Assembly: GCA_028704385.1 (NCBI GenBank)
Contig: JAQVLA010000001.1
Coordinates: 174,794 to 238,793, forward strand
From: Bacteroidales bacterium
GTDB lineage: Bacteria; Bacteroidota; Bacteroidia; Bacteroidales; F082
Length of the DNA stretch: 64,000 nucleotides
Reading direction: 5' to 3'
A model generated the notes under the pieces. It searched no databases. It was not told the origin of the DNA and saw only the letters and a list, made by a program, of their open reading frames with translations. The position numbers and the translations under genes were made by a program. Positions 19,769 through 29,300 of this stretch are shown here, one piece after another. The stretch's first letter is position 1, and each line of letters starts with the position of its first letter.

Positions 19769-20362
19769 ATGACAGAAGATCAGATTAGATGGATAAGGGG
19801 TCTGAAGACCGGCAAAAAAGAAATCTTTGATGAGATTTTCAGAACCTATTATGGTGAATTGGTGGTGTACTGTCTTCGGTTTGTTGCAGACCAGGATATG
19901 GCCGAAGATATCGTGCAGGATATGTTTGTAAAGCTTTGGTTGCGTCATGACGATCTTAATATTCAATCCTCGCTGCAGGCTTATTTGTACAGGGCTACAA
20001 AAAACCATGCATTGAATCATCTAAATCAGTTGAAGATACAGGATAAGTACAAGGAATACATTGGTTTTTTAACTTTAAACGGTACGGAGAGTCCGCTGGA
20101 GAAATTGCAGGAATCTGACCTCGAACTGAAAATTAAACATGCAGTATTGAGTCTGCCCGAAAAACGAAGGGAAGTTTTTGAACTCAGCCGGCACGAGGGG
20201 CTAAAAAACAAACAGATTGCCGAACGGCTGAACATCAGTGTGAAAACCGTTGAAAATCAAATGACAAAAGCTTTGGAGCAGCTGAGAAACTTTTTGAAGG
20301 ACTATCTTCCGGTTTTGTTTTTTGGTATTCTGACTTATGTAGAAATTTTCCGGGTTATTTAG
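19769..20362 (+). CDS. ECF-type RNA polymerase sigma-70 factor (Bacteroidota expansion type)
   Basis: Region 2 is FDEIFRTYYGELVVYCLRFVADQDMAEDIVQDMFVKLW. Region 4 HTH is PEKRREVFELSRHEGLKNKQIAERLNISVKTVENQMTKAL. A FecR gene follows directly. Confidence 0.9.
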   Translation: MTEDQIRWIRGLKTGKKEIFDEIFRTYYGELVVYCLRFVADQDMAEDIVQDMFVKLWLRHDDLNIQSSLQAYLYRATKNHALNHLNQLKIQDKYKEYIGFLTLNGTESPLEKLQESDLELKIKHAVLSLPEKRREVFELSRHEGLKNKQIAERLNISVKTVENQMTKALEQLRNFLKDYLPVLFFGILTYVEIFRVI

Positions 20363-20377
20363 AAAGATTTTTTTTAA

Positions 20378-20414
20378 TAATTTTGAAATAGGGGAAAATG
20401 TAACTTAGTTTGTC
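20378..20414 (+). promoter_or_regulatory. Conserved element TAATTTTG-N3-TAGGGGAA-N11-GTTTGTC in the sigma-fecR intergenic region (candidate ECF-dependent promoter or operator)
   Basis: TAATTTTG is at 20378-20385, TAGGGG at 20389-20394 and TTGTC at 20410-20414. The same TAGGGG-N15-TTGTC element recurs at 25981-26006 and 34570-34595. Confidence 0.5.
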
Positions 20415-20447
20415 GTATTAACGAATCGTTAAAAAAGAAACGAAAAA

Positions 20448-21458
20448 TTGAGAAAGTTTATCAGATATAAGAATCTTGCAGCCAAGTACCTCTCAGGTAA
20501 CTGTAATTCCGCGGAACAACAGCAGTTTGAGCGGTGGCTTTCGTTGTCTGATAAGCACAAACATTGGTTTAAAGGGCAGACAAAAGCCTGGGAGCTTTCC
20601 AAAGCAAACACCTTATCTGATTCAATAAATGTTGAAACAGCCTTAAATAAGGTGAATCAGCGCATCGCATTCATGCACCAGCCTCAGCCGCATCGCAATA
20701 AAGCTGCCAGAAAGCCGGTATCAGTTTACAGCTGGGTGGCCGGTGCAGCAGCAGTATTTTTGCTCGGGCTGGCTGTTTTGTTTTTTATGAAAAATGAAAC
20801 ACAACCACAGATGCATGTTTTTGCTGCCATTGAAAAAACCGAAACCCCGCTTCAGCTTCCCGATGGTTCCAGTGTATTTCTTAACAGCGGATCCGAAATC
20901 GCTTATCCTGAAGGCTTTGATTCTGATATCCGGCAAACTACGTTTAAAGGTGAGGCATTGTTTGAGGTGGAATCCAATCCGGAAGCACCTTTTCAAATAT
21001 TGACAGATCATTTTGGTGTTGAAGTGCTGGGTACTAAATTTAATCTGAAAGCAGCACAGGAAACCGATCAGTATTTTGTTGATCTCATTGAGGGAAAATT
21101 AAGGCTCTTCACTTTTGATCAGGATCCAAACAGCAGCATTGAGCAGCTTATACTCTTGCCCGGCGAAAGGGGAATTTTTGATGCTGCTACCAAACGACTT
21201 TTCAGAGCAAAACAAACAGACCTGAATTTTATGGCCTGGCACAGCGGAATACTGGAGTTTATCAATACACCACTTACTGACGCGCTTGAAACAATCAATG
21301 CCCACTATCCGGTAAAATTTTTGCTGGCCGACAAACATCACAACCTGAGAATCACTGCCCGATTTGAAAAAGAATCCTCAGAACAGCTGATCGAGTCGCT
21401 GCAAACCATCTTTAGTTTTGAAGTTATAAGAGACGGACAAACCGTTTATCTCAGATAA
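20448..21458 (+). CDS. FecR-family anti-sigma factor / transmembrane sensor, 336 aa
   Basis: N-terminal anti-sigma region KYLSGNCNSAEQQQFERWL, a single TM helix WVAGAAAVFLLGLAVLFFM, a periplasmic FecR domain LPDGSSVFLNSGSEIAYPE...FEVESNPEAPF, and a C-terminal DUF4974-like tail. TTG start. Confidence 0.85.
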   Translation: MRKFIRYKNLAAKYLSGNCNSAEQQQFERWLSLSDKHKHWFKGQTKAWELSKANTLSDSINVETALNKVNQRIAFMHQPQPHRNKAARKPVSVYSWVAGAAAVFLLGLAVLFFMKNETQPQMHVFAAIEKTETPLQLPDGSSVFLNSGSEIAYPEGFDSDIRQTTFKGEALFEVESNPEAPFQILTDHFGVEVLGTKFNLKAAQETDQYFVDLIEGKLRLFTFDQDPNSSIEQLILLPGERGIFDAATKRLFRAKQTDLNFMAWHSGILEFINTPLTDALETINAHYPVKFLLADKHHNLRITARFEKESSEQLIESLQTIFSFEVIRDGQTVYLR

Positions 21459-21460
21459 TT

Positions 21461-21493
21461 TTTGCCCTGTAATATTCCTTTCAAGTATTTTTG
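21461..21493 (+). promoter_or_regulatory. Candidate complete housekeeping promoter (-33 TTTG, 21-nt spacer, -7 TATTTTTG) for the STN-barrel gene
   Basis: TTTG is at 21461-21464 and TATTTTTG at 21486-21493. The ATG is at 21520. Confidence 0.4.
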
Positions 21494-21519
21494 TACTTTA
21501 GCCACCGCATTAAAAAGTG

Positions 21520-22863
21520 ATGCTAAAAGAACAAAACACCATAATTCCATTTAGTTGCAGCACAGCCAGGTTGAAGACTGACAGCTTGTTTAAGCTATTG
21601 TTTGTTATATTGTGTCTGCATATTTCCATATATCAGCTTCATGCTCAAAAACAGCCCGATAGTCTGGTTTCGTTTCAGATTCAGGATATGGCCTTTGGCG
21701 AAGTGCTCGAAAATCTTTACGAACGTTTTGGTATCAAAGTGGCTTTCAATGCTTCAGATCCTGGTTTCAATAAAAAGGTCAGTTATAGTAAAGATCAGGT
21801 TACTGTCTTGGATTTACTTAATGATTTACTTGATTCGGAAGGCTACGGCTATCGAAAAATAGGGGATCAGTATAATGTTTACAAATCGCAAATAATTGAA
21901 AAGCAAGAGGATCCTGAACCTGTTACCGTTACTACTTCACAACTACCAAAGGATACGGTATTTATACAAAATGCTGTTATTAAAACTGATACCTTGATCG
22001 TGTTGGATACAATCAGGCAAACGGACACGCTGGTGATACGTGATACAATCAGGATATTTGTTGATAAACCAGTTGAGAGCCGCCGTGGCAGAATAAAGGA
22101 ATTACGGAAAAATTTATTTAGTCCTGACGCTAACAGAATCAACGGTAAAAGTGTTGAACTGTATTATGGCAGAAACTACTTCAATACTGACTTTAAAGCA
22201 GGTTCAGCAGAAACAGCTCAGCTCGCAAATCTGTGGAACGAATCACTGGAGCCATCCTTTAAAATGCAGCATCTGGGTGTTCGGTTAAATAAATGTAGTA
22301 ATAACTGGATGTTTTCGGCCAGCTTGACTTATCTTGATTTCGCACAAAACTTCATACACAACCGGACTATCAAAACGGGTGGCTATTATGAGATGGATAC
22401 CCTGGATAGCTACTACAGCATTTCGGGAATAGATACTACCTGGTTTCATGTGGTTGATTCGGCCTATGTTCCGCTCGAGGAATCCAAATACAGTTATCAG
22501 ACTACCAACAGGATTGGGATGCTGCATCTGGGTGTTGATGCCGCGCATCTGGTTGGTCAGTTACCGGGCGTACGGTTTTATGCCCGAGCCGGTTTGGGGC
22601 TTGCGACGGTAATATATAAAAAAGGTTTTGCTTTTGAACCCCAAGCCGAGTATGCCGTCATGGATATGAAAAAACTTGAACTTTCGCCCCTGAATTTTAC
22701 TTTTCGGCTGGCCTTTCTTGCCAGGATGAGAATTTCGGATGAGCTTGACCTTGTTCCTGAAGTGAGCTGGCAGATGCATTTTAACGATTTGCTTAAGGAT
22801 TATCCAATCACAACAAAACCATCTTATCCGGGAATCTCACTGGGACTGGTTTACTATTTTTAA
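21520..22863 (+). CDS. Outer-membrane protein with an N-terminal STN (secretin/TonB N-terminal) signalling-type domain fused to a small C-terminal beta-barrel, 447 aa
   Basis: Signal peptide LFKLLFVILCLHISIYQLHAQ. The STN-like segment is VSFQIQDMAFGEVLENLYERFGIKVAFNASD...VTVLDLLNDLLDSEGYGYRKIGDQYNVY. A DTxxVxDTIR repeat linker follows (12-nt direct repeat GATACAATCAGG at 22006 and 22042). The C-terminal half has alternating amphipathic strands ending in the OMP-type terminal ...GISLGLVYYF. Confidence 0.6.
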   Translation: MLKEQNTIIPFSCSTARLKTDSLFKLLFVILCLHISIYQLHAQKQPDSLVSFQIQDMAFGEVLENLYERFGIKVAFNASDPGFNKKVSYSKDQVTVLDLLNDLLDSEGYGYRKIGDQYNVYKSQIIEKQEDPEPVTVTTSQLPKDTVFIQNAVIKTDTLIVLDTIRQTDTLVIRDTIRIFVDKPVESRRGRIKELRKNLFSPDANRINGKSVELYYGRNYFNTDFKAGSAETAQLANLWNESLEPSFKMQHLGVRLNKCSNNWMFSASLTYLDFAQNFIHNRTIKTGGYYEMDTLDSYYSISGIDTTWFHVVDSAYVPLEESKYSYQTTNRIGMLHLGVDAAHLVGQLPGVRFYARAGLGLATVIYKKGFAFEPQAEYAVMDMKKLELSPLNFTFRLAFLARMRISDELDLVPEVSWQMHFNDLLKDYPITTKPSYPGISLGLVYYF

Positions 22864-22875
22864 TTAAAACATCGT

Positions 22876-25860
22876 ATGAAACTAAAGCAATTAGGGTATT
22901 TTATCTTGCTGCTTGTCGCTATGCTGACCTGGAAAGTTGAAGGACTTTTTGGGCAGCAAACCGAAATCGGCGGAGACCTGATAGCTAACCGAACCCTATT
23001 TGCCGACACCACCTATATTATTGTAGAGGACTTGCGGGTTGCTTCGGGCATCAGCCTACAAATAGAGGCCGGAACACAATTACGTTTCAAACAGGGCAAA
23101 GGTTTGTTGATCGACGGCGGATATCTGAATGCTGTTGGCCAATCTGAGCTTGGAGTAGATTCAATCCGTTTTGTGGCAGACTATACCAATCCTGCACAGA
23201 GCTGGAAATGGAAGGGTATATTGATACAAAACATTCTGGGTGACGGCCAGGTAATTATTGATTTTGTTGTAATAACTAACGCTGAACGCGGTTTGGATAT
23301 CACAAATGCTGCTTATATAAGTGTTTCAAACTCTTTAATAATAAGCAATTACTGGAGAGGGATATCCCTGCTTAATTGTCGCGAGGTTATTTTTGAAAAC
23401 AATCATATCCTGGATAATTACGTAGGGCTAGAGATCATTGCAAACGGAATATTCAGTGTGTCTCATCATAATATTATTCGAAATAATGTATTCAGAACTG
23501 AAACAACAGGGATTTTAGTAATTAATAGTAATGGCGGTAAAAATTATGGTAATGTCATTGAATCTAATGTTCTACAGCAGGGAGTAATTGGGATTTGGAT
23601 CGACAATAGCGGGCAGTCCGGGTCACGTTCAAATACCATTTTTAATAATGCTATTATCAATAATGGGAACGGATTTGGTTATGGGTTATACCTGGCAATG
23701 GATTCAACGATTGTGATGAATAATATTTTTTGGCAAAATAGTACTGCAATAAATTTTAGAAATTCTTCAAATAACATTCTTAAGTACAATAGTTTTTATG
23801 AGAATCATCAGGGTTTAACAATGCCTGCTGCTTCACGGAATAATCAATTGGTTTATAACACCTTCACAGAGCAGGAGAATAAGGTGACGCTATTGGGAGA
23901 AGCAGACAGAACCAGCTTATTACATAATAACTTGATGTATAATAATTTCGATACGGTTGTGATGAATTTAACTGAACAACCGATTATTGCAACTGAAAAT
24001 TATTGGGGAACGATTGACGAATCTGAGATTAAGCAGATGATTATTGATGCTGAGGATAATCCGGAATTAGGAGAAATTCAGTTTTTGCCTTTTCTGGCTG
24101 AACCTGATACCCTTGCGCCTCTCGCACCTCCCTATATGGTGAAAAAGCAATGGGTTAACGATCAGGTCAGGCTGAGCTGGAAGCCATCCCCCGAAGCAAA
24201 TGCCAGGGGGTATAAAGTGTATTTTAATGGATATAAAAACTATGGTTTTGCAGATAATCTGGAAATGATTTCAGACACAATCATCAGTTTACCACAATTG
24301 GTGTTTTCGGATGAAATAGCAGTTACATCTGTTAAAAGCACAGCAAAAGCCATGTTGGGAAATCTGGGATACGAAAGTCCTTATGCATTCGCCAAGCCTT
24401 ACCCCTATGCTGGTTCTGATACAGCGATATGCAAGCACGAATCTGTTTTTAGCATCACCGAAGCACACAACCCCTTTAGCCCTTCGCAAGTGATTTGGAT
24501 AACAGAGGGCGACGGTATTTTTACCAATCCGCTGCAGCTGCATACAAACTATTATCCCGGAAATGAGGACCTTGAAAATGGCTGGGTAAAATTATCATTG
24601 AAAGTACTCACCGCAAATGCTGAATACATTGAAACGTTCCGTTTAACTTTTACGAACGAACCTTTTGTTTCGACAGGGGCAGATACGCTGATTGGGGTTG
24701 ATAGTACTTTATGGTTACAAAGCGCAGTAGCCTGGTATTACGATCAATTACAGTGGATTAGTCTGGGTGATGGATTATTTTCTGACCCATCGGTACAAAA
24801 CCCTGTTTATTATCCGGGACCTGCTGATTATGAAGCCGGAAGTGTTGATCTTATTTTGCAGGCGCAATCCGATTGTGGAAATACACAAGATACTATCAGG
24901 ATATATTTTGAAAGCGTATTTTCTCTGAAAGGAAAAGTCTGGGATGGAAGTACACCATATCCAAAGGCGAAAATACTGGCGTTACGAATTGATTCAAATG
25001 CTTTTAATTTACTAACATCAGTTCGAACGGATGAGCTGGGGAGCTTTGTATTTCCTGAATTATACAGTGGCATTTATGTTTTGCAGGCTGTTCCGGACAC
25101 ATTGGATGCAAATTTAAGTTCAGCGTATTATGCGAGTGCAGCTGTTTGGGATAAGGCACACCATATTCAACTTAACGCCAGGACAGAGGATGTTGATCTG
25201 GTATTCAAGAGGATACAAAATTTCTTGCCTGTAGGAACCAATAGGATCTTTGGCAGATTTAACTTACCTGGAGAGCAGTTTACTGATTCCCATGTATATT
25301 GTGATGACTGGTACCTGCGAAACGATCAGCTGGAGTATTGCAGCGAAGGATTGTCTAATGTAGGCATCCATCTCTATAATCCCGGGATGAATGTATTATT
25401 GGCTTCCACCCGCACAGATTATAAAGGCTATTATTATTTTGATAGTTTGCCCTATGGAAGTTACCGTTTGCACGCTGACCTTCCAGGATATCATATGATT
25501 ACAAGTCAGTTGATAAATTTCACCCCGGAATCCGAAACAACCATTGCAGTTGATTTTAGTTTATTTTTAAAACAGATTAATTCAACGGTATATCCACCTG
25601 GGGAGGAAGTTAAGCAAGGGAAGGCTTTACTATTCCCGAATCCGGTCACAAATCAGATGGCAGTTGTGCATGACTTTGAAGCGATTATTTACATTGGAAT
25701 TTATGATTTATCAGGCAGGCTTGTTTTTGAAAGGAGACAACCGGAAACAGAAGAAGGAAATAAACTATTCATTGATGCTTCTCAGTTGATACCGGGGGTG
25801 TATGGTTTAAGAATAGTTGGTAAATATCAAACACAAGTATTGAAGTTTGTTAAAGAATAG
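22876..25860 (+). CDS. T9SS-secreted right-handed parallel beta-helix repeat protein (NosD/pectin-lyase-fold-like), 994 aa
   Basis: Has a signal peptide. About 22-residue beta-helix repeats rich in N/I/G span roughly aa 120-360 (ITNAERGLDITNAAYISVSNSLIISNYWRGISLLNCREVIFENNHILDNYVGLEI...). There is an Fn3-like segment RLSWKPSPEANARGYKVYFNG and CarboxypepD_reg-like segments. The C-terminal T9SS sorting domain is LLFPNPVTNQMAVV...GVYGLRIVGKYQTQVLKFVKE. The gene starts 12 nt after the STN-barrel gene. Confidence 0.7.
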   Translation: MKLKQLGYFILLLVAMLTWKVEGLFGQQTEIGGDLIANRTLFADTTYIIVEDLRVASGISLQIEAGTQLRFKQGKGLLIDGGYLNAVGQSELGVDSIRFVADYTNPAQSWKWKGILIQNILGDGQVIIDFVVITNAERGLDITNAAYISVSNSLIISNYWRGISLLNCREVIFENNHILDNYVGLEIIANGIFSVSHHNIIRNNVFRTETTGILVINSNGGKNYGNVIESNVLQQGVIGIWIDNSGQSGSRSNTIFNNAIINNGNGFGYGLYLAMDSTIVMNNIFWQNSTAINFRNSSNNILKYNSFYENHQGLTMPAASRNNQLVYNTFTEQENKVTLLGEADRTSLLHNNLMYNNFDTVVMNLTEQPIIATENYWGTIDESEIKQMIIDAEDNPELGEIQFLPFLAEPDTLAPLAPPYMVKKQWVNDQVRLSWKPSPEANARGYKVYFNGYKNYGFADNLEMISDTIISLPQLVFSDEIAVTSVKSTAKAMLGNLGYESPYAFAKPYPYAGSDTAICKHESVFSITEAHNPFSPSQVIWITEGDGIFTNPLQLHTNYYPGNEDLENGWVKLSLKVLTANAEYIETFRLTFTNEPFVSTGADTLIGVDSTLWLQSAVAWYYDQLQWISLGDGLFSDPSVQNPVYYPGPADYEAGSVDLILQAQSDCGNTQDTIRIYFESVFSLKGKVWDGSTPYPKAKILALRIDSNAFNLLTSVRTDELGSFVFPELYSGIYVLQAVPDTLDANLSSAYYASAAVWDKAHHIQLNARTEDVDLVFKRIQNFLPVGTNRIFGRFNLPGEQFTDSHVYCDDWYLRNDQLEYCSEGLSNVGIHLYNPGMNVLLASTRTDYKGYYYFDSLPYGSYRLHADLPGYHMITSQLINFTPESETTIAVDFSLFLKQINSTVYPPGEEVKQGKALLFPNPVTNQMAVVHDFEAIIYIGIYDLSGRLVFERRQPETEEGNKLFIDASQLIPGVYGLRIVGKYQTQVLKFVKE

Positions 25861-25922
25861 TTAATCTTAAAACTAACTTGAATTTTATCAATATTTATAA
25901 GCTGATATTAATGTCAAGTTTT

Positions 25923-25930
25923 TATTTTTG
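25923..25930 (+). promoter_or_regulatory. Candidate -7 box (TATTTTTG, followed by CAG) upstream of giant gene A
   Basis: Homologous to TAATTTTGCAG upstream of gene B. Here it is separated from the TAGGGG element by 50 nt. Confidence 0.35.
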
Positions 25931-25980
25931 CAGCCGATTTTAACAACAACTAAAAATCTTAGAATTATTTTAAATAACGA

Positions 25981-26006
25981 TAGGGGTAAACAAGCCTGAT
26001 ATTGTC
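25981..26006 (+). promoter_or_regulatory. TAGGGG-N15-TTGTC element in the leader of giant gene A
   Basis: TAGGGG is at 25981-25986 and TTGTC at 26002-26006. The spacing equals that of the copies at 20389 and 34570. Confidence 0.45.
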
Positions 26007-26310
26007 TTAGGGTTGAGTTAGCATAAACCAACAAACCAATAATATGCTAACCAAAAAGGGAATAAAGTAAAATATTAACAATTAAAGAACTAACAATCAA
26101 TACCTGGCATTTTAAAAAAGACACGCGCAATTATTGCGATTATTTTGTGTATTACAGGTTGTATAACTTCAAAAGCTGAATATGAACTATCCTGATCAGC
26201 GTACCTATCAAAAACTTTTTTTCAACAAGGATTTACTCTGGACTGTTGCGGATCGCAGCGTCCAATTTCAATCGATAACACAATCAATTCATCATTTTTT
26301 ATTAACTAAA

Positions 26311-26355
26311 TCAATTTTAACCATGAACAGAAAAACTACTTTTCTGCGATGGCTT
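26311..26355 (+). repeat. 45-nt block identical to 34838-34882 (translation-initiation region of giant genes A and B)
   Basis: TCAATTTTAACCATGAACAGAAAAACTACTTTTCTGCGATGGCTT is identical in both genes. The following signal-peptide codons diverge strongly. Confidence 0.9.
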
Positions 26356-29300
26356 GGTTCCTTTATGGTAGGAGTTTTCCTGCTTTCCGGAATCGGGCTT
26401 AATGCTTATGCGCAACAAGCGTCGCGCAGAGCTCCGGTTGATCCTTCGACACTGGTAGGAATGCCAGCCGAACGACAAAATGCCGGAACTTTTACACCTT
26501 CTAACCGTGAAGCTCAAAACATTGACATCACTGTTGATGTTGATAATTGGTTCGATGAAGCTGAATGGAATATCTGGAGCTATGACCAAGGTGCCTATTA
26601 TTATCCTTCATGGCAGCTTTTTAGTTCTTCCTTTGAAGTTGTTAATGTTATTGTTGGCCTTGAGCCAGGCGATTATTCCATTGATGTATGGGATGATTTT
26701 GGTGATGGCGGCATCGGGGGCATAGTTAAACAAGGTTTGGTAACCTTGGTGAGCTGGGATAATTATGATTATACAGATTTTGCCTGGTTTGATTTTACTG
26801 TTTTTGAACCAGCTCCACGCGTTGATGTTACTCCTTTGGTACTTGATTTGGGCGATCGTCCAATCAATTCCTGGACAGAACCTGCTTATTTCACCGTACA
26901 AAATACAGGTGTAGGTCCTGTAACTATCAATAATGCCGAAATTGCTGCCGATGCTTTCTTCGGCGTAGCTGCTCCTTCATTCCCCATTACTTTAGAAGAA
27001 GGAGAAACTGTTGAAATTGGTATTACTGCCACAGGCAATGCTGCTCCTGGTTTGCTCGAAGGCGACTTCGTAGTGCAATGGGGTGCTGGCCGCGAAGTGA
27101 CCGTAACCGAATTTATGGCTAATGCCTATGAACCAATTGTTGCAGATGTGGTTGAAACAGCTATTGAGCTGCCTGTTAATACGATGGCTCCTGCAAGTTT
27201 GCCAATAGCTGATTCAAGAGAGTTTGGTGGTATTTACAAGAACTATATCTTGCCTAATGATGTTGGATCTGGTCCAAATGATAACGACTATGTATATCTG
27301 CTTCTACCCGCAACAGACATGCTGTTTGATGTGTATGTGACCAGTGGTTCTGCTAATTTTGCTATTTATGCTGCTGACTTTAGCGGCGAAGATGGCCCAA
27401 TGGCAACCAATGCCTTAGTTCAGGCAGTTGATGCAATTGACGATTTCGAACTCTTTGCTGGCACTTACTATTTAGTAGGTAGCTCTTTGGATGTATGGGG
27501 TGGCTCATTTAATGTAGATGCTATGCCAGATCCAGAAGCAGCTATCAACATTGCTCCTGCTGATGGAGCTGTAGATATTATCAATGGTACTGATCTGGAG
27601 TGGGCATTTGGAGCCAATACACTGGAATATCAGGTTATTTTGGGTACTACCTATCCACCTGCAACTGTTGTTGTTGACTGGACGGATGAGTTAGCTACTT
27701 CCTATACCCTTTCTAATCTTGAACCTAACCTTCAGTATTTCTGGCAGGTTAATGTACGTAATAATGGTGCTACAACTACCGGCGAAGTTTGGGGATTCAC
27801 TACTACTTTAACTCCTCCATCTGATCTTACAGGTAATGCTGAAGTTTACGAAGGTGAAGATGTTGTTTTAACATGGGAAAGCCCTGTTGACCGTGCCTTC
27901 CTCGGATACAATGTATTTAAGGATGGCATACAGCAAAATGTTTCTATGCTTACCGAAGCTACCTACACAGATGTAGCTCCTGCATACAATATGACTCCTG
28001 GATATGAGTACACCGTTACCGCTATCTATGACGAAGGCGAATCAGATCATTCTGCTCCTTTCACTGCACAGGTAACAGGCGAAGGTACCTTAAATGGTAA
28101 TGTTTCTGACCTGAATACAGGTGATGACATTGCTGGTGCTACTGTTTCCATGATTGGTGTGGATGAGTTTGGTGAAGATCAATCATACAGCACCACTACG
28201 GATGCCAATGGAAATTATACCGCTGATGTTTTCGCCGGCACTTACGACATTCGCGTTACTGCTGACGGTTACCTGCCTGCAGAAGTAACTGGCGTGGCTC
28301 TTGCCTATGGAGCTACCGAAACTACTGACTTTGTTCTGAATGAAACACCTTATCCGGTTGCCGTTGTAACTGCCAGCGAGTTTGGTGAAAACATCCTGAT
28401 AGAGTGGAGCTTTGATTTAGTTAACTTTGTTCCTCAGGTTTATCCTTTCGATAGCGAAAGTATGAACGAAGCTCAAATCCAGAAAATGTGGAAGGGATTC
28501 CTTGCTGAGAATAACTTCGATGCTACCGCTCAGGGAAGTGATCGCGCACTGGTTGAATTCCAGGTATGGCGTGAAAAAGCTTACCTGCCAGGAACTATCG
28601 AATTGGTTGGTACTACTTCACAATTCCAATTTGTTGACTTCGACTGGGATGTTCAGGATTGGGGTGTTTACAAATGGTATGTAGTTGCAGTTTATGATCT
28701 GAACGAATCAGATCCTGTAGGTTCAAATACAGTTGACAAGGACATGAACACTGTTGTTGATGTTACTGTTGCCCTCAATTCAGCTGACAGCCCTGCCGGT
28801 ACGCTCGTTGAGTTTACCAATGTGGACGAATCTCCTGAGTTGATTTATTCAGCCTTGCTGCCTGCAAGTGGTGAGTACGAATGGAGTGAGTTCCGCAAAG
28901 GTACCTACGACATCCTTGTAAGCTTACCAGGATATGGTGTTGTAAACGAAACCGGTGTTGATATTTTCGACGAAACCTCATTCGAATGGTTGCTCGAAGA
29001 ATTACTCGCAACACCTGCTGACCTTTATGTTACCCCAACAGGTTTTGCTACCTGGACAGGTGGAAGCGGTGAAGTGCCATTTGTTCCTGTTGTAGTTGAC
29101 TTTAATGATGGCATACCAGCTGACTGGACTGTTGAAGACGGTGAATTAGCTAATGCTTCTGGTGGAAGTTGGCAGGTAGTTCCTTCAACTTCCGGAAGGT
29201 ATATGATGGGCGATGATTATGTAATTGCTGATTCTGACGCAGCTGGAAGCGGAAGTATTACCCATACTATACTTACTTCTGCTGTTTATCCTGCCGAAGG

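Noticed and set aside
20398-20417. GTAAC ... CGTA in the sigma-fecR spacer (AATGTAACTTAGTTTGTCGTATTAACG) could be a SigW-type ECF promoter.
   Set aside because: Only 9 nt separate the two boxes, far too short for a -35/-10 pair. The TAGGGG-N15-TTGTC reading has proper spacing and recurs at two other loci.
26182-26322. The ORF track extends giant genes A (from 26182) and B (from 34718) by 47 and 44 in-frame codons upstream of MNRKTTF..., and both extensions lack stop codons.
   Set aside because: The two extensions are not conserved at the protein level (MNYPDQRTYQKLFF... vs MEYNSFYPFHLRR...). They would bury the Sec signal peptide about 45 residues from the N-terminus. The nucleotide identity starts only 12 nt before the MNRK ATG. 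I treat them as untranslated leader. The double absence of stops in AT-rich sequence is mildly odd and is noted in the leader finding.
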